A stretch of 64,000 nt of DNA from an uncultured Eubacteriales bacterium (GCA_948607205.1 CAPERS010000002.1:68767-132766), one strand, 5' to 3'. Counted from the stretch's first letter, positions 18,389-28,531 are shown. Numbers and translations: made by a program. The notes: a model not told the origin generated them from the letters alone.

Positions 18389-20344
18389 TTATTTATTTTC
18401 TTTATAATTTTTAAAGAAATCGTCTTCGCGGTCGAAGTTGGCATGCTCGCCAATATATTTCTTTCGCGCTTCGATATCGTCACCCATAAGCGTGGTCACA
18501 ATCTTTTCAGCCTCTGCAACATCTTCAATTGAAACTTGGATGAGGTTACGCTTTGCTGGGTCCATTGTTGTTTCCCAAAGTTGTTCTGGGTTCATTTCGC
18601 CAAGACCTTTATAGCGTTGAAGTGAATAGTTCCTGCCTGCTCTTGCAATCGCCTGTGGAAGTTCGGCGTCTGAATAGACATATTCAACATAATCTTTCTT
18701 ATACACTTTATAAAGTGGTGGCATACCGCAGAACACATGCCCGTCAGTTATAAGCGGACGCATATATCTGAAAAAGAATGTCAGCAGGATTGCTCTGATA
18801 TGCGCACCGTCTTGGTCGGCATCGGAAAGAATGATGACCTTGTTGTAGCGCAGGCTTGAAAGGTCGAAATCTTCGCCTATTCCTGTGTCAAGTGCCGAGA
18901 TAATTGTTCTGATTTCTTCGTTTGCAAGCACTTGGTCTATTCTCTTCTTTTCTGCATTAAGAGGTTTTCCTCTAAGTGGCAAGATTGCCTGAAATTTTCG
19001 GTCACGGCCTTGCTTTGCGCTACCGCCCGCAGAATCTCCTTCCACAATGAAAAGTTCGCAGATATCTCGATTTTTGGAAGTGGCCGCAGAAAGTTTTCCA
19101 ACAAGGTTAAAATTTTCAGCCGAGTTTTTGGCGCGAGTGAGTTCTTTTGCTTTTTTTGCCGCCTCTCTCACCTTTGCTGCGCCTTTGGCTTTGTTGACAA
19201 TGATTTCAGCAACAGTTGTATTTTTTTTGTTTTCAAAAAATTTAGTCAGTTCTGTCGTCGTCAAGCTTTCAACAAGCGTTTTGGCTTCTGGGTTTCCAAG
19301 CTTAGTTTTTGTCTGGCCTTCAAACTGGACATTTGTCATTTTGACATTGATTACAACATTGATTCCTTCACGGAAATCCTCGCCCAAAAGGTTTGCCTCT
19401 TTTTCTTTGAGGATATTGTTTGCACGAGCAAAGTTATTCATAACTTTTGTGAACGCACTTTTGAAGCCCATTTCATGAGTTCCGCCCTCAATGGTTGGAA
19501 TGTTATTGACGAATGAAAAAGAGTTTTCAGTGTAAGTGTCAGTGTAAATGAAAGCAACTTCGAGGTCAAAGTTTTTGTCTTCCGCGTGGAAATAGATAGG
19601 ATTTGAATACATCTTACTTTTGCCTTCAACGAGATAAGAAACAAAATCAGAAATTCCACCTTCATAGTGATATTCCTCTCTTTTTTCTGTCCCCTCTTCT
19701 TCAATAATAATTTTCAGACCTTTGTTTAGAAATGCAAGTTCGCGAGCACGAACAGCGATTGTTTCAAAGTTAAGTCTATTTTCCCCAAACATATCAGAGT
19801 CTGGAAGAAAGGTAACCCTTGTTCCTGTCTTCTTTGTCGAGCCAATTTTTTTAAGTGGAGCAACAGGGATACCGCTATGCATCTTACCATTATCATCTCT
19901 ATACGAATGGAATTTTATATAATACTCGCTTCCGCCCTTAAAAACAGATACTTCGCACCACTTTGAAAGAGCATTTGTGACAGATGCACCCACGCCGTGA
20001 AGACCGCCAGAGAATTTATAGTTTTCGTTATCAAACTTTCCGCCTGCGTGAAGAGTTGTGTAAACAACTTCAACACCCGACTTGTGAAGTGTTGGATGTT
20101 CGTCAACAGGGATTCCACGACCGTTATCTTCAACAGTTGCACTGCCGTCAGCATGAAGAGTTATCGAAATCGTGTCACCATGACCATTTGAGATTTCGTC
20201 AATTGAGTTATCAACAATTTCCCAAAGGATGTGATGAAGACCTTTAACGCCAGTTGTTCCGATATACATTCCCGGTCTGAGCCTGACTGCGTCAAGTCCT
20301 TCAAGAACAACAATATCTTTTGAGTCATAATTTTTTCCTGCCAT
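18389..20344 (-). CDS. parE: Type IIA topoisomerase subunit B (ParE-like)
   Basis: Start at ATG 20344 behind GGAGAGG. GLDAVRLRPGMYIG, GHKL ATPase and Toprim (EGDSAGG, PLRGK) motifs. Confidence 0.8.
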   Translation of the reverse strand: MAGKNYDSKDIVVLEGLDAVRLRPGMYIGTTGVKGLHHILWEIVDNSIDEISNGHGDTISITLHADGSATVEDNGRGIPVDEHPTLHKSGVEVVYTTLHAGGKFDNENYKFSGGLHGVGASVTNALSKWCEVSVFKGGSEYYIKFHSYRDDNGKMHSGIPVAPLKKIGSTKKTGTRVTFLPDSDMFGENRLNFETIAVRARELAFLNKGLKIIIEEEGTEKREEYHYEGGISDFVSYLVEGKSKMYSNPIYFHAEDKNFDLEVAFIYTDTYTENSFSFVNNIPTIEGGTHEMGFKSAFTKVMNNFARANNILKEKEANLLGEDFREGINVVINVKMTNVQFEGQTKTKLGNPEAKTLVESLTTTELTKFFENKKNTTVAEIIVNKAKGAAKVREAAKKAKELTRAKNSAENFNLVGKLSAATSKNRDICELFIVEGDSAGGSAKQGRDRKFQAILPLRGKPLNAEKKRIDQVLANEEIRTIISALDTGIGEDFDLSSLRYNKVIILSDADQDGAHIRAILLTFFFRYMRPLITDGHVFCGMPPLYKVYKKDYVEYVYSDAELPQAIARAGRNYSLQRYKGLGEMNPEQLWETTMDPAKRNLIQVSIEDVAEAEKIVTTLMGDDIEARKKYIGEHANFDREDDFFKNYKENK

Positions 20345-20561
20345 TTTCCTCTCCAAATTTGATATTAATTATTTATATTATATCAAACTTTAATCACATT
20401 TCCAAAAGATTTTAAGGCTTAATTAGAGTAAAATTTTTAATTAAATATTTGCATATTTATTATAATTAACGTATATTTATTCATCAATTAAATTTTAGTT
20501 TTTAGATATATTTTTTTAAATTTAAGTATATAATTATATATCATTTTTAAGGAGAGAGTTT

Positions 20562-21608
20562 ATGAAAAAAATTGTTCTGACTGGCGGAGGAACGGCTGGG
20601 CATATATACCCTGCACTTGCAGTGAGAGAAAAACTTGACAAGGAAGTGGAAGTTCATTTCATTGGCGGACATGGAATGGAAAAGGAAATCATAAAAAATG
20701 AGAAAGACATAATCTTTCATGAAATAGACACTGTCAAACTTGCAAGAAAGTTGACGCCAAAAAATCTTCTTATTCCATTCAAACTTTTCAAAGCAATCAA
20801 AGATGCAAAAAAAATTTTGGAGAAAATTAAGCCTGATGTGATTTTTTCAAAAGGTGGATTTGTTTCCGTTCCGACTGTGCTTGCTGGCGCAAAACTTGGC
20901 ATTCCGATTGTCAGTCATGAATCTGATTTGTCAATGGGGCTTGCAAACAAAATAATTTTGCGAAAATGTGATGTGATGTGCACAACTTTTCCTGACACAA
21001 TGGAGAACAATTCAAAGTGCGTTCACACAGGCCAACCTATTCGCAAAAAAGTTTTTGAAGGAAACAAAAACAAAGTTTATGACAATGATAATTTTGACAA
21101 AAAACTGCCCTGCCTACTCGTTGTTGGAGGCTCTCTTGGCGCAAAGTTTATCAACGAAAAAGTTTGGGCATCTCTTGACAAGTTGACTAAAAACTTCAAC
21201 GTCATTCACATAACTGGCAGTCAAGCAAAAGTTATTCACAAGCACAAAAACTATAAGCAAGTGGAATATGCTCAAAATATTGGTGACTTTTTTGCGTGCT
21301 CTGATATCGTGCTTTCTCGTGCTGGCTCAGGTGCAATAAATGAATTTTTAGCGCTTAAAATTCCAATGCTTTTGATACCTCTTTCAAAAAATTGTTCACG
21401 TGGTGACCAAATTGAAAACGCTAAACTTTTTGTAAGTTATGGTTTTGCAGACATGCTTGAAGAAGAGATTTTCAGTGAAGAAAGTTTTTTATTAAAACTT
21501 AATAATTTATACGAAAATCGTGAAAATTACAAAAAAACAATGAAAAAATTATCAAATTTTGACGCTTCACTTAAAATAATTGAAATTTTAAAAGATGTTG
21601 CAAAATAA
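20562..21608 (+). CDS. murG: UDP-GlcNAc:undecaprenyl-PP-MurNAc-pentapeptide GlcNAc transferase MurG
   Basis: 348 aa. MKKIVLTGGGTAGHIYPALAV and C-terminal GT28 motifs. GGAGAG RBS. Confidence 0.9.
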   Translation: MKKIVLTGGGTAGHIYPALAVREKLDKEVEVHFIGGHGMEKEIIKNEKDIIFHEIDTVKLARKLTPKNLLIPFKLFKAIKDAKKILEKIKPDVIFSKGGFVSVPTVLAGAKLGIPIVSHESDLSMGLANKIILRKCDVMCTTFPDTMENNSKCVHTGQPIRKKVFEGNKNKVYDNDNFDKKLPCLLVVGGSLGAKFINEKVWASLDKLTKNFNVIHITGSQAKVIHKHKNYKQVEYAQNIGDFFACSDIVLSRAGSGAINEFLALKIPMLLIPLSKNCSRGDQIENAKLFVSYGFADMLEEEIFSEESFLLKLNNLYENRENYKKTMKKLSNFDASLKIIEILKDVAK

Positions 21609-21662
21609 AAATTTTTATATATGATTTTGAAAAAAAACAAAAAAGTGACTGAGTCACTTTTT

Positions 21663-22799
21663 TTAAACTCTATAACAAGGATAGCCAAATCCTTCAAGAT
21701 TTTTGTTGAATGTTATTGCACGGCAAGAGGAAATGAGTTTTTGCTTAACCTCTCTTGGCGTCAGATTTGGATTTGATTCAAGCATCAAGGCAACAAGCCC
21801 TGCAATCATTGGCGTTGCAACAGAAGTTCCGCTCAAAGTCACATAAGGCTTTTTGACTCCGCAAGAAACTATGTCAACAGAAGGCGCAACAAGGTCTGGC
21901 TTAAATCGTTGAAAAGCAGGGCCTCGAGATGAGAAAGATGCAATTTCAAAATAACTTGGATTGAACTCTGTGGCGCTTATTCTGTTATCATCAAAACCTC
22001 CAACAGTGATGATTTGACTGCTCACACCCGGACTTTTGATTGTCTGAAATTCTGGCCCACTATTGCCGGCAGCGGCAACCACAACTATACCTTCACGCCA
22101 AAGCGCTTCACTGCCCGACATGATTGGGTCATTAAAGCCAATTGGCTCACTGCCAAAACTCATGCAGACAACTTTTATGTTATATTCTTTGTGATTGAGA
22201 TAGACCCATTCCATCGCCTGCAAAATTTTATCAGCCGATGCTTCGCCATCTCCATTGAGCGCTTTAAGGGAAATAATATTTGAGCGAGGCGCAATTCCGC
22301 AAAACTTTCCACCTGAAAGAGAACCACTGCCAGCGCACACGCCACTGACAAAAGTGCCATGTCCATTGTCGTCATAGTTGGATGTTTTTTGATTTATGAA
22401 ATCTTTAAAAAAAAGTATCCTCTTTTTCCCAATCACAAAATCTGAATGACTGGCAATTCCAGTATCGATAAAAGCGATGTTGACACCTTCACCAGAAAGC
22501 GCATTCTCATCAACATTCAAGACTTTTTTTGCCACATACATAAGGGCATTTGCGCGAACGAGAGAATAAATAAAAGCAACTTGCGAAAGGTCTGATAAGG
22601 CAAGAAGTTGGGTTTTTGTGACTTTCAGTTGAAAGGAATTTATGAATAAATATTCACGAACAATTTCAATCTTTTTATGTATCAGATATTTTTTTAGACG
22701 TTGATAGTCACTTGCTTTAACAATGCAATCTATGCTCTGCTTATCGCTCAGAGCATAGGAATGCGTCAATAAAGTTTTGTCAATTTTCATATTCTTCAT
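21663..22799 (-). CDS. S8-family (subtilisin-like) serine peptidase
   Basis: 378 aa. Catalytic triad contexts IAFIDTGI (Asp), DDNGHGTFVSG (His) and SGTSVATPMIAG (Ser). Start overlaps the upstream stop (ATGA). Confidence 0.85.
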   Translation of the reverse strand: MKNMKIDKTLLTHSYALSDKQSIDCIVKASDYQRLKKYLIHKKIEIVREYLFINSFQLKVTKTQLLALSDLSQVAFIYSLVRANALMYVAKKVLNVDENALSGEGVNIAFIDTGIASHSDFVIGKKRILFFKDFINQKTSNYDDNGHGTFVSGVCAGSGSLSGGKFCGIAPRSNIISLKALNGDGEASADKILQAMEWVYLNHKEYNIKVVCMSFGSEPIGFNDPIMSGSEALWREGIVVVAAAGNSGPEFQTIKSPGVSSQIITVGGFDDNRISATEFNPSYFEIASFSSRGPAFQRFKPDLVAPSVDIVSCGVKKPYVTLSGTSVATPMIAGLVALMLESNPNLTPREVKQKLISSCRAITFNKNLEGFGYPCYRV

Positions 22800-23047
22800 C
22801 TTAAAAGTTCAAGCATCCTTTTAACATTTTGATAATCGTTTTCACTGAGGTTTCCTTTTATTGCCTCTAGCATATTTTCAAGCGCACGATAGTCAAAAGT
22901 CCCATCCCTTTTCTGCTTTGCAACCTCTTCAAAAAGTTTTTGATTGATTTGGTCTTGTGGCAGGTCTTTATATTCATTGAACTTTGACATAACATCTTCT
23001 TTTGCCTCGAATTTGTTTTCGCTTTGAAAATTTGATAACTTCGCCAT
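22796..23047 (-). CDS. Small helical protein, translationally coupled to the S8 peptidase
   Basis: 83-aa ORF with a 4-nt overlap with the peptidase start. No recognisable motif. Confidence 0.5.
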   Translation of the reverse strand: MAKLSNFQSENKFEAKEDVMSKFNEYKDLPQDQINQKLFEEVAKQKRDGTFDYRALENMLEAIKGNLSENDYQNVKRMLELLR

Positions 23048-23126
23048 AATTTCACTCTCCTAAATTTAGTATATGCCTGTCAAATCAAACTTGCACACTA
23101 TGGCAAAAAAAAGAATAAATATTATC

Positions 23127-23552
23127 ATGGAAAACAATATCTTTAACATGCTTTCACTTTTATCAGGTCAGTTTGGAAATAATTCAAACAACAGTTTTTC
23201 GCAAGCGCAGAACTCAATATCCGGTCAAAGTGCAACTCAAAATTATTCAAACAGGCAAACGACAAGTTTTCCTGAAGAAGCCTATTCAAACACCGAACAA
23301 ACAGCCTCAACTCAAAGTAATAACAACCAAGACTTTTCAAGCGGAATGATTCCACTCCTTATGCAAATGATGGGCGGAAAAGGCGGAATGAGCAATTTGG
23401 CTGGGCTTGGGAATATGTCTGGGATGGGCAACCTTGGCGGTCTGGATTCAATCATGAAAAATGGAAATTTTGACATGTCGTCACTTTTCTCTTCGCAACC
23501 AAAAACCACAAAAAAAGAGGGCGTCGCCCCCAAAGATGATATTATATTATAA
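23127..23552 (+). CDS. Low-complexity Q/N/S- and G/M-rich protein
   Basis: Start set at ATG 23127 (MENNIFNMLSLL...). Composition-biased (QNSISGQSATQNYSN...GGKGGMSNLAGLGNMSGMGNLGG). No clear RBS. Confidence 0.4.
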   Translation: MENNIFNMLSLLSGQFGNNSNNSFSQAQNSISGQSATQNYSNRQTTSFPEEAYSNTEQTASTQSNNNQDFSSGMIPLLMQMMGGKGGMSNLAGLGNMSGMGNLGGLDSIMKNGNFDMSSLFSSQPKTTKKEGVAPKDDIIL

Positions 23553-23623
23553 CTCCTCTTTTGTAAATTTTTGTTAATTAAATTTATATACTTTTTTCAT
23601 TAACTTTTTATATTCAAATTAAA

Positions 23624-24286
23624 TTAATTCAATGCAGTCAAATTGTCAGCGACCGAACCATTTTTGAAATAATAGTTTCTTTTGCATAATTTTTGAGCAA
23701 TGCTTGCCTTTGTTGTTGCAATGATAAGTGTTGTTTTTTTGCTTTTAAGTTTTTTAATCATCTGGCAAACAACATCCATAGTTGCTTCATTGAGCCTGTC
23801 AAAAATGTTATCAACCATAAGAAGTTCAAGTTCCCCTCGCAAAGTTAAGCGAATGAAAGAAAGCACATATTTTTCTTCCAAGGAGAGTTCCTTGATTTTT
23901 CTGTCTTTGATTTTTTCGATTGCATATTCAATTATGATTTCATTTATCTTGGTTTCAATTTCTGCGTCCTTATATCCCCAAGTTTTGAGAATGTATTTAA
24001 AGTTTTCATAAACTGTTTTTTTCTCAAAAAAGACCGGTGTTGAAGGAACATAACCTGCGTTGATATCAGTGTGATAATCAAGTTTTTCAAGAGGAATATC
24101 TTTGATGTAAACTTCACCCTTAGTCATTTTTTCAAGTTTGGCAAAGATGCGCAAAAGGCTTGTTTTTCCGCTTTCATCTTCACCAACAAAAGCAACGCTT
24201 TCGCCATCTGCAATATCCATATTGACTTGATATAAAGCATAATACTCACGCGTAAACTTCAAAAACAAATTTTTGACCAAAATCAT
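23624..24286 (-). CDS. ABC-type ATPase with degenerate motifs
   Basis: 220 aa. Walker A is GEDESGKT; the signature is replaced by LSLEEK; Walker B is LLMVDN, with no catalytic Glu. No permease gene adjacent. Confidence 0.65.
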   Translation of the reverse strand: MILVKNLFLKFTREYYALYQVNMDIADGESVAFVGEDESGKTSLLRIFAKLEKMTKGEVYIKDIPLEKLDYHTDINAGYVPSTPVFFEKKTVYENFKYILKTWGYKDAEIETKINEIIIEYAIEKIKDRKIKELSLEEKYVLSFIRLTLRGELELLMVDNIFDRLNEATMDVVCQMIKKLKSKKTTLIIATTKASIAQKLCKRNYYFKNGSVADNLTALN

Positions 24287-24361
24287 AAATAGCCACCTAC
24301 TTTTATTTATCTTTATTCTATTTTACTATAAGAAGAAAAAAAATAAAAGCAATTTGCGCTT

Positions 24362-24880
24362 TTATTCTTCTTTATTTATAACTTTTTGAATTTTAAGTTT
24401 AAATTCATCTGAAATATCTTCACTTCCGACCAAAACGTCACCTGTTTTTTGAGAATTTTCTTCCACATCACCTGCGACAACACGCAAAGTCAGTTCAATA
24501 GGCTTTTCGCTGTTGAAAAAATATGTTTTTGTGACAGCATCCTTAAACGGCATAAATTTTTCTGTGTTCGGCTTATCTTGAGCGATGGCAATAAGGCTTG
24601 TAAGAGAATACCAATCATCTTTTTTATATAAATTCAAAGTCATCTTTTCGTCATTTTCTTCCCAAAAAACAAGTTGGCATTCTTCATTTGCTTTCACCTG
24701 AACATCAACAAACTTTTCTTTTACTCTTTCGTCTTCCATAAACGACACTGAAACGCCATAATTTTCACTGCCTGCAGAGGTTATTTCTCGAATGGTGGCA
24801 CAACGAAGATTGGTTGAATTTTCACATCCCATCATAAAAACGGCAACAAAACAAAAAATAGGCAAAATTAACTTTTTCAT
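24362..24880 (-). CDS. Putative lipoprotein
   Basis: 172 aa. MKKLILPIFCFVAVFMMGC is a signal peptide with a lipobox Cys. Confidence 0.65.
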   Translation of the reverse strand: MKKLILPIFCFVAVFMMGCENSTNLRCATIREITSAGSENYGVSVSFMEDERVKEKFVDVQVKANEECQLVFWEENDEKMTLNLYKKDDWYSLTSLIAIAQDKPNTEKFMPFKDAVTKTYFFNSEKPIELTLRVVAGDVEENSQKTGDVLVGSEDISDEFKLKIQKVINKEE

Positions 24881-24972
24881 AACTGAATAACTCCTTATAA
24901 GCCAATTTTACCCAAATAAAAATAGTTTAAACTTTGAACTTTTGTTTTTTCTTCTAAAAAGTGACTTGGTCA

Positions 24973-25320
24973 CTAGAAAGCATTTTCAAGATGATTTATT
25001 TCATCACCAATCACTTCAACAACGTCAAATCTGACAGACACACGGTCATATAGTTTTCTTTCAATTAAATATAATTCTGCAACTCGACGAATTTTATATT
25101 GCTTGCGCGAATCAACGGCTTCGCAAGGCAATCCAAACTCTTTTGTTTCGCGTGCTTTCACTTCGATAAAAACCAAGTCTTCGCCGTCTAAAGCAATAAC
25201 ATCAATCTCGCCAACTTTATTTTTATAGTTTGTTTCAATAATTTTATATTTTTTCTTTTTCAAAAAGGAAACTGCTTTGCTTTCACCGGCAAAACCTTTG
25301 GCTCTGTTAAGATATTTCAT
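24973..25320 (-). CDS. yraN: YraN-family (UPF0102) endonuclease-like protein
   Basis: 115 aa. GESKAVSFL...GEIDVIALDGEDLVFIEVKAR signature. TAG stop. Confidence 0.85.
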   Translation of the reverse strand: MKYLNRAKGFAGESKAVSFLKKKKYKIIETNYKNKVGEIDVIALDGEDLVFIEVKARETKEFGLPCEAVDSRKQYKIRRVAELYLIERKLYDRVSVRFDVVEVIGDEINHLENAF

Positions 25321-25332
25321 TTTTAAAACCTT

Positions 25333-26145
25333 TTAATCAAGCGTTATTTTGCCTATTCTTCCTTTGCGGAAATCATCAATAACTGCTTGCGCTGTGCGTT
25401 CATAATCAACCTCGCTTCCGTGAGTTAAATAGCCCCTTCTTTTTGCTATATCTTCAAGGTTGCAACAAAGCGGATAGCGTTTTTCAACAAGTTCTGGATA
25501 GAGTATTTTAAGCATTTCAACAAGCGCTTCTGCAAGTTCAACTTGGTCGACGATGACGTCCTTAATACTTCCAATAAAAGCAAGTTTAAGGGCTATTTGT
25601 TGGTCGACAAGATTTGGATAAAGTGTTCCCGGAGTGTCACAAATTTCGATATTATCACCAAGATTCAGCCACAAATTTTGCTTTGTGACACCCGGTTTAT
25701 CGCCAGTGACAGCCTTAGCTTTTCCGCAAAGGTTGTTTATGAGAGTGCTTTTGCCAGAATTTGGAACGCCAACAACAAGCGCTCTGATTGTGGTTTTGAC
25801 ACCCTTGGCAAGATATTTTTGAATTTTTGCGTTCGCAAGAACTTTAATTTTTTGCCTTATTATTTTGCCTGCACCTGACATCGTGCTGTTAAGGCAGACA
25901 TAATCACAACCTTCACTTTTGAAGTTTTTGGCAATAGCGTTAACTTTTGCCTCATCAGCAAGGTCGGTTTTGTTGAAAACATAGAGAATGGGCTTATTTT
26001 CTGAAAGTTTTGATAAACTTGGATTGACAGAAGATATCGGTGCTCGGCAGTCAAGAACATATATGACCACATCGATAATTTTCAGCATTTTTTTCATTTC
26101 GTTCAAGGCCTTTGACATATGCCCCGGGAACCAATTTATCTTCAC
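25333..26145 (-). CDS. rbgA: Ribosome biogenesis GTPase A (YlqF/RbgA)
   Basis: MKINWFPGHMSKA start. Circularly permuted GTPase motifs (NKTDL ... GVPNSGKST). Confidence 0.9.
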   Translation of the reverse strand: MKINWFPGHMSKALNEMKKMLKIIDVVIYVLDCRAPISSVNPSLSKLSENKPILYVFNKTDLADEAKVNAIAKNFKSEGCDYVCLNSTMSGAGKIIRQKIKVLANAKIQKYLAKGVKTTIRALVVGVPNSGKSTLINNLCGKAKAVTGDKPGVTKQNLWLNLGDNIEICDTPGTLYPNLVDQQIALKLAFIGSIKDVIVDQVELAEALVEMLKILYPELVEKRYPLCCNLEDIAKRRGYLTHGSEVDYERTAQAVIDDFRKGRIGKITLD

Positions 26146-26217
26146 TATATCTCCTATTTAGTGCATATTGCACTATTTTAAAATTAATTTTTGGGTTTAA
26201 CTATCAAAATTTTACTT

Positions 26218-26874
26218 TTAATTTAGATTCTTCTTGGAAAGATTTTCCATGATTTTGAATGTCACACTTGCAACTTTCTCACTTGCAATGCGAAAATTCT
26301 TTTCAAATTCTTCCATATTTCCACTATCTGAAACTGATTTTAAAAGCAGGCAAGGAATATAATTCTTTTGGCAGGTGTAAACAACAGCGACGCCTTCCAT
26401 ATCACAAATATTCGCGCCAAAATTTTTTATCAATTTCTTTTTTAGCCCTTCACTTTCAACGAAAGAATTTCCTGTTACAAGATTTCCCACTTTGAGTTTT
26501 TTATCAAGCGAGAGTGCAAAATTTTTAAGTTTTTCATCACAAACATAAGTGCTTGGCTCAATGATATCCGATTTAATATCCCAAAAAGTTGCTTTATCCA
26601 CAACAAAAGTGTCGCAAACTTTATTTTTTTCATCAAGCGAGCCACATGTTCCGCTGTTAATTATCACATCAGGCTTGAAAAAATCAAGCATTTTTTGAAG
26701 ATAAATGCCTGCATTGATTTCGCAAGGCCCTGATTTGCAAAGGACGATTGTATGGTTTTTAAACTTGGCTTTATAAAAGGTCATTTCGCCAAAAGTCAAT
26801 GTCTTAATTTTATCGAAATATTTCAAATGGGCATTGATTTCTTCACCGCATGCAATCAAGAGTCCTATTTTCAT
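26218..26874 (-). CDS. mtnN: 5'-methylthioadenosine/S-adenosylhomocysteine nucleosidase
   Basis: 218 aa. MKIGLLIA..., GTCGSL and ICDMEGVAV are PNP/UDP-family motifs typical of Pfs/MtnN. Confidence 0.8.
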   Translation of the reverse strand: MKIGLLIACGEEINAHLKYFDKIKTLTFGEMTFYKAKFKNHTIVLCKSGPCEINAGIYLQKMLDFFKPDVIINSGTCGSLDEKNKVCDTFVVDKATFWDIKSDIIEPSTYVCDEKLKNFALSLDKKLKVGNLVTGNSFVESEGLKKKLIKNFGANICDMEGVAVVYTCQKNYIPCLLLKSVSDSGNMEEFEKNFRIASEKVASVTFKIMENLSKKNLN

Positions 26875-26890
26875 GTTTTTCTCCTTAGGT

Positions 26891-27559
26891 TCAATTCTTT
26901 TTTAACAGGTCAGGTCTTTTTTCATGTGTTTTTTTGAGCGCCTGTTCCTTTCTCCACTTTGCAATTTCTTGATGATTGCCAGAAAGCAAAACTTCAGGAA
27001 CAGATAGACCTTCAAAGACCTGTGGACGTGTGTATTGAGGATATTCAAGAGTGTCGCAAGCAAAACTCTCTTCGTCTAAACTTTCTGCCGTGATAACGCC
27101 ATCAATGAACCTTGCAAGGCAATCAATGATAACCATAGTTGGAAGTTCACCGCCTGTGACGACATAGTCACCAATGGAAATTTCCATTGGCTTTATAAGT
27201 TCATTCATTCTTGCATCAACGCCTTCATAGTGACCACAGATGAACACAAGATGTTCTTTTTTTGAAAGTTCTTTGGCAAGATTTGGAGAAAGCGTTTGAC
27301 CTGATGGGCTTGCGAAAATTGGAAAACTTTTCTCATTTGCCACGCTTTTGTAAGCGTCATAAATAGGCTGAACTGACATCAGCATTCCAGCACCACCACC
27401 GAAGGTATAGTCATCGCATTTTTTATGCTTATCTTTTGAAAAGTCACGAATGTTGATAACATTGATTTGCAATATGCCACTTTCTTGCGCACGTTTCAAG
27501 ATGCTTTCGTTAAGAGGGGCAAAACTTTCTGGGAAGAGCGTTAAAATATCAATTTTCAT
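26891..27559 (-). CDS. trmD: tRNA (guanine37-N1)-methyltransferase TrmD
   Basis: MKIDILTLFPE..., GGGAGMLM and CGHYEGVD motifs. Confidence 0.93.
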   Translation of the reverse strand: MKIDILTLFPESFAPLNESILKRAQESGILQINVINIRDFSKDKHKKCDDYTFGGGAGMLMSVQPIYDAYKSVANEKSFPIFASPSGQTLSPNLAKELSKKEHLVFICGHYEGVDARMNELIKPMEISIGDYVVTGGELPTMVIIDCLARFIDGVITAESLDEESFACDTLEYPQYTRPQVFEGLSVPEVLLSGNHQEIAKWRKEQALKKTHEKRPDLLKKN

Positions 27560-28041
27560 ACGCTGACCTCTTCGAAAATTTTGCGATTAACCTTGAAGGT
27601 GTCGCCGTCTTTTATAAGCAGTCCGTCAACGAAAGGCGTTTGAACAGTGCGACCATTTTTTTCGATTATCAAATTGAAGGTCGCACCATAGTTTTCAACA
27701 TCAACTATCTGTCCAACTTTTTCTCCATCGGTATCAAACAGCAACATTCCAATAAGGTCATCGACCAAGATTTCATCATCCTGAAGGTTTTCTTCAAGCA
27801 TTTCTTTTTCAAGATAGAGTTTTTTGTTTCTCAAATTCTCCGCCGAATTTCTGTCATTCACTTCAGAAAATTTTATATACAAAAAACCTTGCCTAAGGGA
27901 AATCTTCTCAATTTTGAAATCTTTGCCTTCGACATTTATTTTTTTTAAATTTTCAAAAACAGCAAGGACATTTGTCAAAGGTTTAGCCTTAACTTCGCCT
28001 TTTATGCCTTGCGGTTTTAAAATTTCTGCAACATCAATCAT
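27556..28041 (-). CDS. rimM: Ribosome maturation factor RimM
   Basis: 161 aa. KPQGIKGEVK and a PRC-barrel C-terminus. Conserved position between the KH gene and trmD. Confidence 0.9.
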   Translation of the reverse strand: MIDVAEILKPQGIKGEVKAKPLTNVLAVFENLKKINVEGKDFKIEKISLRQGFLYIKFSEVNDRNSAENLRNKKLYLEKEMLEENLQDDEILVDDLIGMLLFDTDGEKVGQIVDVENYGATFNLIIEKNGRTVQTPFVDGLLIKDGDTFKVNRKIFEEVSV

Positions 28042-28271
28042 TATTCACCAAATTTAACAAAAACTTTTTTATCTTCCTTTGCAGAAAGAGATTTAACGAT
28101 AGTGCGAATGCTTGAAGCAATTTTTCCGCCCTTGCCGATAATTCTGCCCATGTCATCTGGATTGACCATAACATGAATGACTTTTTCGTTTTCGTCCTCG
28201 GTTATTGACACTTGAACATTGTCAGAGTCAATCACAAGGCTCTTAACAATATATTCTACAAGTTTTTCCAT
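28041..28271 (-). CDS. KH-domain RNA-binding protein (YlqC-like)
   Basis: 76 aa. GRIIGKGGKIASSIRTIV is the KH GxxG motif. Conserved position after rpsP. Confidence 0.85.
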   Translation of the reverse strand: MEKLVEYIVKSLVIDSDNVQVSITEDENEKVIHVMVNPDDMGRIIGKGGKIASSIRTIVKSLSAKEDKKVFVKFGE

Positions 28272-28282
28272 AAAAAATCTCC

Positions 28283-28531
28283 TTATTTATTGATGATTCC
28301 GCTCTTTACAAGAAGTTGCTTTGCTGTTTCAGTTGGTTGAGCGCCATTTTTAAGCCACTTGTTTGCTTTTTCTGCGTCAATTTTGATTTCTGCAGGGTCA
28401 GTAAGTGGATTGTAAGTTCCAATGATATCGATGAATTTGCCATCTCTTGGAGCTCTTGAATCAGCAACTATAACTCTATAAAATGGAGCTTTTTTATCTC
28501 CAAGTCTTGTAAGTCTGATTTTAACTGCCAT
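28283..28531 (-). CDS. rpsP: 30S ribosomal protein S16
   Basis: [31 protein letters not shown]... Confidence 0.95.
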   Translation of the reverse strand: MAVKIRLTRLGDKKAPFYRVIVADSRAPRDGKFIDIIGTYNPLTDPAEIKIDAEKANKWLKNGAQPTETAKQLLVKSGIINK

